Below, piece by piece: positions 10,060-19,577 of a stretch of DNA of 49,592 nucleotides. The position numbers and the translations under genes are program-made. The notes under the pieces are model-generated. The model was not told the origin of the DNA. It saw only the letters and a program-made list of their open reading frames with translations, and did not search any database. Position 1 is the stretch's first letter. Every line of letters begins with the position of its first letter. Where the stretch lies: NCBI GenBank assembly GCA_021158045.1, contig JAGGVK010000018.1, forward strand, positions 1 through 49,592. The letters run 5' to 3'. This DNA is from a bacterium (GTDB lineage: Bacteria > Patescibacteriota > Minisyncoccia > Minisyncoccales > CG1-02-41-26).

Positions 10060-11193
10060 ATGAAAATTGAAATTTTAAGAGACAACCTAAAAGAAGCTTT
10101 AAATTGCTTAGAAAGAATTGCTAAGAAAAATTTAAGCTTGCCAATTTTAAATAATATCCTTTTATCCTGTGAAGGTAATTTCTTAAGATTAGATGCTACA
10201 AATCTTGAACTAAGCGTAAGCTGGTGGGTTTTATCAAAAGTAATAGATAAAGAAGGGAAAACAACGGTCCCAGCTGCCTTTTTCTCTAATCTTATCAATC
10301 TTTTAAGGGAAAAAAATATCAAAATAGAAAGTTCAGACAATAAAAATTTAATCCTTAAAACTATAAATCGTAAAATTCAAATTCAAGGGATGCCTCCCGA
10401 GGAATTTCCTATTATCCCCAAAATAAAGAGAGAGAATATTAATGAAATCTCAAGCGAAAAACTTCAAAAAGGAATAACCGAAGTTGTAGAAATTCCATCA
10501 TTATCCCAAATTAAACCAGAAATATCTGGATTATATTTCTTTTCTAAAAAAAACAAACTAAAAATTGTAGCAACTGACAGTTTTAGATTGGCTGAAAAGA
10601 CTATAAATTTAGACAGTAATTTCAAAAAAGAAGTTTCTTTCATCCTTCCCCAAGAGACTTCAAGGCAGTTAATAAGCATTTTAAGCCAAAACTTGTCAGA
10701 AAAAATAAATATTGTTTTATCACAAAACCAAATATTATTTGAGATACCTCAAAAGGAATTCTCTAAACCAAAAGTTCAAGTTTTTTCTCGCTTAATTGAT
10801 GGAGAATTTCCTAAATACCAAGAGATTATTCCTAAATCTTTTAAAACCAAACTTTTATTAGATAAAGAAGAGTTTCAGGAAAATTTAAAAGAGGCAGGGC
10901 TGTTTAGTGGAAGGGTTTCAGAGGTTAAATTAGAATCTTTTTCTAAGGAGAATAAATTAGGGTTATTTTCCCAAAGTTCTGAGTTTGGAAAAAACGAATC
11001 GTATATTCCTGCTAAAATAGAAGGAGAGGATATTAAGACATCTTTTAATTATAAGTTCCTTTTAGCAGGATTAGATAATATTGAGAGTTCTCAAGTAGTA
11101 TTAGAATTAAGCAATGAAGAAGGTCCAGGAGTTTTGAAACCGGTTGGGAGTGATGATTATTTCTATATACTAATGCCCATAAAAGCAAGTTAG
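10060..11193 (+). CDS. dnaN: DNA polymerase III beta sliding clamp (ATG at 10060)
   Basis: LPILNNILL, ATNLE, VATDSFRLA, SRLIDGEFPKY, YILMPI. Confidence 0.98.
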   Translation: MKIEILRDNLKEALNCLERIAKKNLSLPILNNILLSCEGNFLRLDATNLELSVSWWVLSKVIDKEGKTTVPAAFFSNLINLLREKNIKIESSDNKNLILKTINRKIQIQGMPPEEFPIIPKIKRENINEISSEKLQKGITEVVEIPSLSQIKPEISGLYFFSKKNKLKIVATDSFRLAEKTINLDSNFKKEVSFILPQETSRQLISILSQNLSEKINIVLSQNQILFEIPQKEFSKPKVQVFSRLIDGEFPKYQEIIPKSFKTKLLLDKEEFQENLKEAGLFSGRVSEVKLESFSKENKLGLFSQSSEFGKNESYIPAKIEGEDIKTSFNYKFLLAGLDNIESSQVVLELSNEEGPGVLKPVGSDDYFYILMPIKAS

Positions 11194-11227
11194 TATAATA
11201 AATAATTATATAGGCAACACTTTTTAA

Positions 11228-11580
11228 CTGTTATTCTAAATTTCCCTAACTATCATCCTGAACTTCCTTATCTGTTATTCTGAGCCGTTAGGCGAAGAAC
11301 CCCCATGGCAAATCTCAAATCTCAAATCTCAAAATGACATCCATTTTTTGTCATTGCGAGGAGTCCCGCTGAAGGCGGGACGACGCGGCAATCTCATTAC
11401 TTCGTCATGGAATAACTACCAATTGTCATTCTGAGCCGTTAGGCGAAGAACCCCCATGGCAAATCTCAAATCTCAAATCTCAAATCTCAAAATCACAATT
11501 CAAAGTTCAAAATTTCTTTTAATTTTAGATTTTAGATTGTTATTTTTCATTTTTCGCTTTTCATTTTTAATTTAATTTAG
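11228..11580. repeat. Mosaic intergenic repeat cluster B
   Basis: ttctgagccgttaggcgaagaacccc x2, tgtcattgcgaggagtcc...gacgacgcggcaatctc, (aaatctc)n followed by inverted ttttag/ttttca units. Confidence 0.9.
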
Positions 11581-11620
11581 CGCCTTACTTGCGCAATTAA
11601 TTGTAATATTTGTTTTAAAA

Positions 11621-13741
11621 TTATTTTTTCTCTTGGTTGAATTTTAAGACAGCGTATTCCCAATTTTTGAATTGGATATCATCCTTAGAATTTTCCTTTC
11701 CTAAAGGGTCTTTTTTGTTTAAATAATACAAAATACAATGCGGCTTTAAATTGTTTGTTTTTCCATTAAGAATAGGCTTCTCAACTAGTGTTTCTTTTGG
11801 TTTTTCAAAACTTTCTTTTTTGAAATTTTTTAAAGCAAATTCCATAAATTCGTGCCATATAGGACCAGCCAAAGTAACGCCTGGGCCTTTCATAGGAGCG
11901 TTGTTGTTATTTCCAATCCAAACACCAACAGAAATAGAAGGCGTATATCCGATTATCCAAGCATCATTGTATTTTTGAGTAGTGCCGGTTTTTACCGCTA
12001 CTTGATAACCTTTTATATATAATGGGGAATTTATGCCAAACATTGGCGCTCTTAAATTGTTACTTGAAAGAATTTGAGAAATTTCTCTAGCAACATTGCT
12101 TTCTAACACTTTAATGGAACTATTTTTTTCTTTGAATAAAATATTGCCTTTACTGTCTTCTATTTTATAAATAAAACGTGGAAAGGTTCGGTTGCCGTCT
12201 CTTCCAAAAACCCCATAAGCAGATGTTATATCTAAAAGCGTAACTTCTCCTCCACCCAAGACTAAAGACAAGCCGTATTTTAAGGGATTTTTTAAGGTGG
12301 TTATTCCTAAGTTTTTAGCAAGTTCTAAAGTATTTTTTTCTCCAGCTAAATATAATACTTTAACAGACGGCACATTTCGAGATTGGGCTAATGCCTCTTT
12401 AGCTTTAATCAACCCCTTAAACCTGCCGTCGTAATTTTTTGGATGATAGCATTTTATTCCGTATTTATCAGTAAGTTCTTCAGCAGAGGGGGAGCAGTTT
12501 GGGTTAAATTCTGTTTTTACGTCCCAAAGCAGTGTATTAGGAGTAAATCCTTTTTGGAGAAAGGTGGCATAAGCAAAAGGCTTAAAAGCAGAGCCCGGCT
12601 GGCGAAGGGAGGTGGTTATATTTACTTTAGGGTCAAACTTACAGCCTTCTTTACCACAATCTTCTGACTCTCCATACCAATTTTTTGAGCCAACTAAAGC
12701 TAAAACCTCTCCGTTTTTTGGGTTTAGAGCCACTAAAGCGCCATTATGGGCATCAAACCTCTTGTTGTATTTAACGCCTTCTTCTATAAGTTTTTCCGCC
12801 TTTTCCTGAAAATCCCAATTTAGAGTTGTGTAAACTTTTAACCCGGCTTTTTCCAAAAAATCCTTGCTATACATTTCTTCAAGTTTCCTTTTTACCATTA
12901 AAGAAAAGTGTGGCGCCTTAATAATATTGACATTTTTGAAAAATTTTATTTTTTCTTCGAGCGCTTCTTTTTCTTGAGATTCGGTGATATAACCAGCTTT
13001 TTTCATTCCTTTGAGAATGTAATTTTTTATTTGTTGAAGCCTTTCTAAATGCTCGCCATAAGGGGAAAGATATGAGGGAGAACGGATTAAAGCCGCCAAT
13101 ACAGCGCTTTCTGATAGAGATATGTCGGAAACTTTTTTATGAAAGAAAACTTCACTAGCTGTTTCTACTCCATAGATATTTCCTCCGAAAGGGATTATGT
13201 TTAAATACCATTCTAATATCTGCTCTTTCGTATATTTTCTTTCCAATTCTAAAGTTAAAATTACTTCTCTTGTTTTTCTTTTAAGAGTTTTATTTCTAGT
13301 TAAAAAATAGGACCTTATTAACTGCTGAGAAATTGTTGAACCGCCTTCTAACGGTTTTCCTAATTTTAAATCAGCCAATATTGCGCGCAGAATGGCTTTA
13401 AAATCTAAGCCCTTGTGTTGGTAGAAACTTTTGTCTTCTGCTGTTAAAACAGCTTCTCTTAATTTCATTGGTATTTGGCTTAAAGGAACTATTGTTCTTC
13501 TTTCTTTTCCTGAAATTTCGAGTAGGAGCGTTTTTCCAGTTCTGTCATAAACTTTTGTTGATTGGGGGATATCGCCTTCGGCGAATTTTTCTGGCCTTGG
13601 AAGGTCGTTTAGTGAATAAACTAAAAATAATACAAAGCCAAAAAATATAATTGCTAAAAAAACAAGGAATATTTTCAATAGAATCTTGAACCAATTCCTG
13701 TTTTTTTTATAGACAGTTTTATGATGGACTAATTTAGCCAT
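11621..13741 (-). CDS. Class A penicillin-binding protein (PBP1A family)
   Basis: EDKSFYQHKG, GGSTISQQL, RKTREVIL (transglycosylase); QPGSAFKP, SRN, KTGT (transpeptidase). Confidence 0.96.
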   Translation of the reverse strand: MAKLVHHKTVYKKNRNWFKILLKIFLVFLAIIFFGFVLFLVYSLNDLPRPEKFAEGDIPQSTKVYDRTGKTLLLEISGKERRTIVPLSQIPMKLREAVLTAEDKSFYQHKGLDFKAILRAILADLKLGKPLEGGSTISQQLIRSYFLTRNKTLKRKTREVILTLELERKYTKEQILEWYLNIIPFGGNIYGVETASEVFFHKKVSDISLSESAVLAALIRSPSYLSPYGEHLERLQQIKNYILKGMKKAGYITESQEKEALEEKIKFFKNVNIIKAPHFSLMVKRKLEEMYSKDFLEKAGLKVYTTLNWDFQEKAEKLIEEGVKYNKRFDAHNGALVALNPKNGEVLALVGSKNWYGESEDCGKEGCKFDPKVNITTSLRQPGSAFKPFAYATFLQKGFTPNTLLWDVKTEFNPNCSPSAEELTDKYGIKCYHPKNYDGRFKGLIKAKEALAQSRNVPSVKVLYLAGEKNTLELAKNLGITTLKNPLKYGLSLVLGGGEVTLLDITSAYGVFGRDGNRTFPRFIYKIEDSKGNILFKEKNSSIKVLESNVAREISQILSSNNLRAPMFGINSPLYIKGYQVAVKTGTTQKYNDAWIIGYTPSISVGVWIGNNNNAPMKGPGVTLAGPIWHEFMEFALKNFKKESFEKPKETLVEKPILNGKTNNLKPHCILYYLNKKDPLGKENSKDDIQFKNWEYAVLKFNQEKK

Positions 13742-13887
13742 AAATTATAAAAAATTTAAATTTTGTTCGTGTTTATAGAATTCATTTATTATCCAAGCTC
13801 CGAACCCATTAAATAGTATTGCTTCTATCTTGTTGTGGATTTATTTTTACCTTTACAAATATATTACTATCTATTCAACATTTTTAA

Positions 13888-13922
13888 AAGCCCTTGTGGA
13901 AAACAAGGGCTTAGGTTTTTTC
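13888..13922. terminator. Hairpin terminator downstream of the acidic mini-gene
   Basis: aagcccttg-tggaaaa-caagggctt with flanking A/T runs. Confidence 0.6.
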
Positions 13923-13936
13923 TTTTCTGTGGCTTC

Positions 13937-14083
13937 TTAAAATTCATCATTATTTTCTTCGTCAAAGTCTTCCTCTTCGTTTTCGTCTCCCCAAACATCT
14001 TCGCTGTTTTCTGGGAAATCTTCGGGAAAATTTTCGTCAGTATTCTCTTCTGAGTCTTCAAAAGGATTAAAATTAGCTTGCAT
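13937..14083 (-). CDS. 48-aa highly acidic small protein (missed by ORF track)
   Basis: MQANFNPFEDSEENTDENFPEDFPENSEDVWGDENEEEDFDEENNDEF*; TTGACA-16-TATAAT at 14134-14161 (minus) and a downstream hairpin. Confidence 0.75.
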   Translation of the reverse strand: MQANFNPFEDSEENTDENFPEDFPENSEDVWGDENEEEDFDEENNDEF

Positions 14084-14189
14084 AAGTTGGATTTTAAAAA
14101 ATATCTTCGGCCTTTTATCCTTTATTGAAAACCATTATATTTTTTAAAACAGCCTTGTCAAGCCCTTGCGCTTAAAAAAAATCTAAAGG

Positions 14190-14365
14190 GCGTTGCTTAG
14201 CTAAGCTAAGCAACAAGCTAAGCAACAATGACGAAAAATAACCTATGGCCAAAATTCAAATCTCAAATCTCAAATCTCAAAATCACAATTCAAAATTCAA
14301 AATTTCTTTTAATTTTAGATTTTAGATTGTTATTTTTCATTTTTCATTTTTCACTTTTCATTTGA
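14190..14365. repeat. Mosaic repeat cluster C (left flank of island)
   Basis: Palindrome ttgcttagctaagctaagcaa, then an (aaatctc)n...ttttagattttagattgttatttttca module nearly identical to 25442-25548. Confidence 0.85.
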
Positions 14366-14404
14366 CTTAATTGCTTTTACTCCTGAATTCTAAAAGAGGG
14401 GATT

Positions 14405-14560
14405 TTCTCCAGAGAGCTGCCAGCAAGTTTTAGGATAATACGAGCATTAGCTCTTAGAAGGCGAGGAGAGAGATTGCTAACCTTCCAAACTAATGTTCGA
14501 TCTAACTTTCCAGCCATCTCCGGGGGAGGGGCTAGAACTTACTGGCAGCTCTCTAAAGAA
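14405..14560. ncRNA. Candidate structured RNA (long closing stem, inner stem-loop, side hairpin)
   Basis: agagagctgccagcaagttttag pairs with ctagaacttactggcagctctct; cgagcattag pairs with ctaatgttcg. Confidence 0.45.
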
Positions 14561-14681
14561 AAGAAAACGCAGATTTTGCTAAAATAAAACCTATTTTAAT
14601 TTGACTATTTTATTTCCTCGCTGTCAAATTTTGAGATTGCGCCCGTTATCACCATTTATTACAAAATAGCACAACTATAGA

Positions 14682-14789
14682 GACTGCGACAGAAACAGAA
14701 AAATCATTGCTATTGAAATTCTCGATGTTTCTCCGAGACTCCCTTACCATTCAAGGCTCAATTTAAGAAAGGGGAACCTCCTGTCTTAA
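14682..14789 (+). pseudogene. Fragment resembling the C-terminal motif of DUF2283 proteins
   Basis: DCDRNRKIIAIEILDVS resembles D.D..G.I.GIEILDAS; upstream stop, no start codon. Confidence 0.4.
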
Positions 14790-14812
14790 CTGCAGAATAA
14801 CAATTAGCGTTT

Positions 14813-15413
14813 AATTTCAGAGAACTCTATCCGCCAATTTTATCGGTGATTTTTTATTTCTAATCTCCTAAATTCAGAATAACACATATTCCGAACTTAG
14901 GAGATAAGATTTGACATTGACTCTTAATATGATAATCTAAAATTAGACTACAATCCACCCATCACTTCCTCCTATTTTTTCGCTTCGCTTAAAATAGGCA
15001 TCTATGGCAGAAGAAAATATCAAAAAAGTTTTAGAGGACTACAAAGAAGAAACTAATCGGCATTTTGATGTGGTGGCTGAGAATTTGGAAGATAAAATAA
15101 AACAAGTTGCTGAAGGAGTTACGCTTAACACAGAAAAATTACAAGAACACGATCGGAGATTTGACAAAATTGATGAAACCCTAGAAGTCATTAAAGTTGA
15201 TATTGAATTTATTAAACATGAACTTAAACAGAAAATTAATCGCGACGAATTTGCTATCTTAGAAAAAAGAGTGAGCATCCTTGAAGCAAAAGTGAATCGG
15301 CGGTAATAATTTACATTCCAAAAACCAAGTTTCTTATCGGGCAAAATTTTGAAGAACTTCTACTTCACCATTGTTGGTGATTTTTTTATTTCTAATCTCC
15401 TAAATCCGGAATA
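14813..15413 (+). repeat. Imperfect direct repeats (~14813-14881 and ~15345-15413) flanking a one-gene module
   Basis: Shared agaac...ggtgatttttt(t)atttctaatctcctaaat(t/c)c(a/g)gaata. Confidence 0.8.
15004..15306 (+). CDS. Small coiled-coil hypothetical protein
   Basis: Heptad-rich 100 aa (RHFDVVAENLEDKIKQVAEG...LEKRVSILEAK). Confidence 0.75.
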   Translation: MAEENIKKVLEDYKEETNRHFDVVAENLEDKIKQVAEGVTLNTEKLQEHDRRFDKIDETLEVIKVDIEFIKHELKQKINRDEFAILEKRVSILEAKVNRR

Positions 15414-15415
15414 GC

Positions 15416-15438
15416 TTACGGAGGCCCGACCTCCGTAA
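15416..15438. repeat. REP-like palindrome at the left edge of the island
   Basis: ttacggagg-cccga-cctccgtaa, perfect 9-bp inverted repeat. Confidence 0.7.
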
Positions 15439-15511
15439 AATGGCTTTGAAGACTGAAAAAGAGGTAGAAGGAGGAAGAATAATAGTAAACTCTTACCTCC
15501 TTCCTTATGTT

Positions 15512-15883
15512 TCAATCCTCGTCCCGGCGTTTAGCCGCAGGGTCGAGGTTTTCAAACTCTAGCTTTACCGCTCTTATCCTGTGGAACTTTTTGAAGCGAT
15601 AATATCTGCTAGCTGCTTCTACTTCTGATTTCTCTTCCGGTACAATTTCCATTTCTGCCCAGAGAGGATGAACTCCCATATCGCAAATCCGAGTAATAAT
15701 TGAGAGTGGAGCCACAATTACCATTTCATCGTATCCACCCTGCTTGAATATCTTTACTACTTCTTCTGCTGAAGCAAACGGATTCGGAACCTGTTCAATT
15801 TTAATCTCTCCGAAAATCCGCCTTAACTCCCTCTCTTGACTGGGAAGCCAAGGGTGCCTGCTCATCCATAAAATTTTTTTCAC
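15512..15883 (-). CDS. Small Rossmann-like protein, possibly Csx16/Csx20-like ring nuclease
   Basis: N-terminal strand + SRH (KILWMSRHPWLPSQERELRRIFG) and later IVAPLSI resemble Csx16 (xFxSRH...GTLP) and Csx20 (FSH.LT..Q); SD aaggaggg, GTG start. Confidence 0.5.
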   Translation of the reverse strand: MKKILWMSRHPWLPSQERELRRIFGEIKIEQVPNPFASAEEVVKIFKQGGYDEMVIVAPLSIITRICDMGVHPLWAEMEIVPEEKSEVEAASRYYRFKKFHRIRAVKLEFENLDPAAKRRDED

Positions 15884-15899
15884 GGATAATCCCTCCTTA

Positions 15900-16087
15900 T
15901 TCTTTTTTAAAACTGCTACTGAACCGAAGTTCAGGTTTTGACTTATAATTTTACATTATAGACCAAAATCTAAACTCCAAAGATAGGTAGAAGGAGAAGA
16001 AAGATGAGTGCAACATCTTTCTCCTCCTTTTTTTTCTTTTAAAGTGCATTCGGTTTTTTATTTTTGGCTGGACCGAAAATCAGCCAT
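15900..16087 (-). promoter_or_regulatory. Intergenic structured RNA module 1 (hairpins + boxA-like)
   Basis: Homologous to 19380-19566; includes ctgaac-TTCG-gttcag hairpin (15919-15934) and TGCACTTTAAAA (16037-16048). Confidence 0.7.
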
Positions 16088-16092
16088 TTATC

Positions 16093-19000
16093 TCAATCAT
16101 CACCTCCTTCTAACTTATTTTTAAGAGCTTGGAGTATTTCTTCGGTAACTTCGCCTTCTTTCTCAGAAGGTTCAGTTACTGGGTCACTGGAATCAGCTTT
16201 CTTTTTCGCTTCTTCCAGTTTCTGCTCCAATCCCCTTATTCGTTCCGCCTCCTCAGGAAATGGAGGCTCTAAATGCACTATCACCAATTTGAACCGAGAA
16301 CCACTTATTAACTCTCGACCCAAACTGCAATAGTACATCTTCCCCTCAACCGGCTGACTTCCCCAGCGGTCAACAATGTACTTCACGGTTAATTTACCGT
16401 CTTTAGTAATTGCCTCCCACTGGTCTTCGCCAGTTTTGGGATGTTTGCCCTTGGAGAATCGAAGCCGGATATAACCTTGCTGTTGAGCAATTTTTATGTC
16501 TTCCTCGTATTCTCTTTGGGCTTGCTCCAATTCCCTTTCTGTCCGTTTCAGCTTTACTGCTTCCGGGTTCAGAATCCGCTTGAAATCCTTGAATTCCAGG
16601 GAGTCAAATATCTCTCCTTCTGTCCAGCGACTATCGTCTAAATCGTAGTCAGTAAGTAAGTAGATCTCGCCTACCTCTCTCCGGCGAGAACCACAAGAAC
16701 AACGAAGTTCAGCTACCACTTTTCCGGTATCTGTAACAATTTGAGAAAGCACTGCTGCTTCAATCGGGTATCCTTCCTCATCATATTCAGGGAACTCAAT
16801 CCTTTCCAGCTCATGACTAGCTCTACATTCACCATCATCCATTTCTTTTCCGCAAAGAGGACAATGGGAATAGTGCTTAGCAATTGCCTGTTCAACTTTC
16901 CTTGTGCATTCCGCTCGTTTCTCTAGCAGTTTCTGCAACCCTTTCGTCTTCTCCGAACCCTCGTTAACCAGCTCTAAGGCTTTTTTAAAATTCTCCTTCC
17001 TTAGAGCTGCTTCGCTTTTCCGGATAAAGTTTTGGATATTCTCTTTCTCTTTATATTTAAGAAAGGTATTATCCTCAACTTCCTCCAGAAACTTCTGAAG
17101 GTTGGAGAGCTTTTTCTCCGCTTCCATTTTCAGTCTTTCCGGCTGGCGGATCAATTCTACCAAAACTGTCTCTTCTCCAACTTGAACTTTTAACTCTCTA
17201 ATTTTCTCCTCTTCTAGCAATTGATATTCATCAGCAGAGAAAGGATATAGTATCAGTCCTATCCCCGTAGCAACTTCCTTCTGGGTTTTCATTTGAGAAA
17301 TTTTTTCTAGTTTTTGGGGTGCCAGTTTTGATCCATAGAGAAATCCATCCTTTGTCACATAAAACCATTCCCAATCTGGTCTATCTTCTATTTTCCACCG
17401 TGCTTCTTCTGGCAGAGAAGCAATTTCAGGAAGAATATCTTTCCCCATTCTCCAACTATTTCTGCTCTGCCATTTCCCACTCAACAGTTCCTTCGCCTCA
17501 TTCCGTATCTGTTTCAGTTCTTCCGGGGTTAAGAGAGAAATTGCTTTTTCTCTTTTTTCCTGACTTAAGCATTTGTAGCAGAGTTTCCGTCCAGAAATTG
17601 GGGAAACAGTCGGGTAGGTTCCAGCTTTTCCACATCCTTCGCATTTCTCCTCCTGCCGGCAGAGATTACAGCGCTTATCCTTCCCCTTTGACTCATACCG
17701 CTGGCGTCCACATTTGCACAACGGAAACCATTCCTCAATTTGCGTCCTTACAACCTTGGGAAGTTTCTCAAGAGTTGTTTCTGTTTCCACCCATTTTTCG
17801 TTCCATCCGGATTTCAAAAGAGCTGAAATTCTGATAACCCATCCTGGATCCCAAACCGGGTCCAATCTGTGATTGTAGAACTCACTGCCATCGTATCGAT
17901 AACAATTCCATTCCAACGGATTCTCTTCCGCTACTATCTCTTTCGAAACCAATTTTTCCTTTCCTGTCCGACTCCACTCCAGACCATCTTTGTTATACTT
18001 TACTTTCTGTTTCTCTTCGCAAAGAAACTTCTTCTTGATGATCTGGACTTTCACTCCGGCTTCTGAAAGAACAACTTTGTATTCTTGTCGTTCCTCCGGA
18101 ACCTCTCGAGTCTCAAGTTTTACTTCTCTTGATCCGAGAGATTTTTCCGTACCATCATACTCAATGCGAACTGTACTAATTTCAACCGTATCCGTGTCCT
18201 CAGTCTCCGTTATCTGTTCTCTATATTTCGGTCCTGCTGGAATCGCACGCAGCCCCCTTCCCCGTTTAGCCAGAAATACCCGATAGGTTTTGCCTTTTTC
18301 AGGTTTCCAGCCATCTTGGGGAAAAACCGGCTTCCGTTCGTGCCAGGCAATAAGCCGCTCTTCCTTTTCAGTTGAACGACGCTCATCGCATTCAAAAGAA
18401 ACCTCATCAATTTCCATTAACTCGGCTTCCTCCGAACTCGGCTGGCCAAACCGGCCCTCTTTATCAACCGACTGGCAATGGAGAGTGTAAACTCTCATAC
18501 ACTCTTTTGAAAAAGCATCCATTGCCGTTTGAAAAGTTGCTTCGTCTTGATACTCAAATGGACGAAGCGACTTTCTAACTATAACTACCCCATGACGGAT
18601 TTCGTAATCATAGCCATACTGCCGGTCAATTTCTGCCTCTGGGAGAACCGAGGTCAACTCTTGCGCCAAGAAAGCCCGGATTCTATCCCCCCCATTGATG
18701 TGACCAGATTTAAGCTGGTCTTCACAATGAAGGAGAGTTAATCGACGGACTTCCTTTTCCACATCTGCCCAGGCCTGCTTCCAGTTTTCTTCAGAAGTAA
18801 ATTCCGTCTCAGCCAGGTGCCGCGTCAATTCCAATTCCTGTCCTTTGTGAGTCCGGTATTCAAAACCGCTCTGCCACTTGACCGTTGGGTCAATTACTTT
18901 GCCGAGCTTAACCTTTAGAGTTGGGCAAAGCGATCTGCCCCCATAATGTGTCAGTTCGAATATCACATCTGTAGTCGCCTCAAGAATATCCTTAATCTCA

Positions 19001-19314
19001 GCCATTCCATTTACAACCCGAACACCTTTTCCAGTTGTTACCCGCAGAACTGCTGCCAGAGCATGGGCCTTAAAGAACTCCACAGCAGATTTTACATTTT
19101 CCGCTTTCAGAGTTTTCCTTCCCTTTCTTTCTCCACCCACGATAAAGAAATACATTGGGTGGATGATTTGACAGTCCGATTCCAGTTCACCAATATCCTC
19201 CACCTCATTCTCCAGCCTGAAACCGTAACCGGTCAGGCCTTTGAAAAAGGTGGCTGCTGGCAATGACCTATAAAGGTCAATTGCCTCTTTCAATCCCTTA
19301 CGCACTTTTTCCAT
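16093..19314 (-). CDS. 1073-aa multidomain protein with Zn ribbons, coiled coil and beta-barrel-like segments; function unknown
   Basis: CKCG/CNLC, CEGC/CYKC and CPLC motifs; internal repeat ending LHC; SD aaaggagg. Confidence 0.8.
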   Translation of the reverse strand: MEKVRKGLKEAIDLYRSLPAATFFKGLTGYGFRLENEVEDIGELESDCQIIHPMYFFIVGGERKGRKTLKAENVKSAVEFFKAHALAAVLRVTTGKGVRVVNGMAEIKDILEATTDVIFELTHYGGRSLCPTLKVKLGKVIDPTVKWQSGFEYRTHKGQELELTRHLAETEFTSEENWKQAWADVEKEVRRLTLLHCEDQLKSGHINGGDRIRAFLAQELTSVLPEAEIDRQYGYDYEIRHGVVIVRKSLRPFEYQDEATFQTAMDAFSKECMRVYTLHCQSVDKEGRFGQPSSEEAELMEIDEVSFECDERRSTEKEERLIAWHERKPVFPQDGWKPEKGKTYRVFLAKRGRGLRAIPAGPKYREQITETEDTDTVEISTVRIEYDGTEKSLGSREVKLETREVPEERQEYKVVLSEAGVKVQIIKKKFLCEEKQKVKYNKDGLEWSRTGKEKLVSKEIVAEENPLEWNCYRYDGSEFYNHRLDPVWDPGWVIRISALLKSGWNEKWVETETTLEKLPKVVRTQIEEWFPLCKCGRQRYESKGKDKRCNLCRQEEKCEGCGKAGTYPTVSPISGRKLCYKCLSQEKREKAISLLTPEELKQIRNEAKELLSGKWQSRNSWRMGKDILPEIASLPEEARWKIEDRPDWEWFYVTKDGFLYGSKLAPQKLEKISQMKTQKEVATGIGLILYPFSADEYQLLEEEKIRELKVQVGEETVLVELIRQPERLKMEAEKKLSNLQKFLEEVEDNTFLKYKEKENIQNFIRKSEAALRKENFKKALELVNEGSEKTKGLQKLLEKRAECTRKVEQAIAKHYSHCPLCGKEMDDGECRASHELERIEFPEYDEEGYPIEAAVLSQIVTDTGKVVAELRCSCGSRRREVGEIYLLTDYDLDDSRWTEGEIFDSLEFKDFKRILNPEAVKLKRTERELEQAQREYEEDIKIAQQQGYIRLRFSKGKHPKTGEDQWEAITKDGKLTVKYIVDRWGSQPVEGKMYYCSLGRELISGSRFKLVIVHLEPPFPEEAERIRGLEQKLEEAKKKADSSDPVTEPSEKEGEVTEEILQALKNKLEGGDD

Positions 19315-19328
19315 CTTTTCCCTCCTTT

Positions 19329-19566
19329 CCCGAAATTCGGGATTGCTCGTCTGTGCCAGACGGACAAAAGGTGATTTTTTATTTTTTAAAGTGCCTTCTG
19401 AACCTGAAGTTCAGGTTTTAGGCTATGTTTTTTACAGACCAAAATCTGAATTCCAGGAAAATTTGGTTAGAGGGAGAAGAAAGTGCAAGCTCTTCTCCCT
19501 CTTTTATTTTTATTTTACGAGTGCGGCCCTTTTGTTTTTTACGGCCAGCCAAGGGCAATGCTGGCT
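19329..19566 (-). promoter_or_regulatory. Intergenic structured RNA module 2
   Basis: Same order of hairpins as module 1, TTGCAC loop, GGCACTTTAAAA (19384-19395), hairpin directly 5' of the SD. Confidence 0.7.
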
Positions 19567-19577
19567 AACCGGTTCGG

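Noticed and set aside
13835..14061. Track ORFs 13835-14053 (+) and 13867-14061 (-)
   Set aside because: Alternative frames of the better supported acidic ORF 13937-14083
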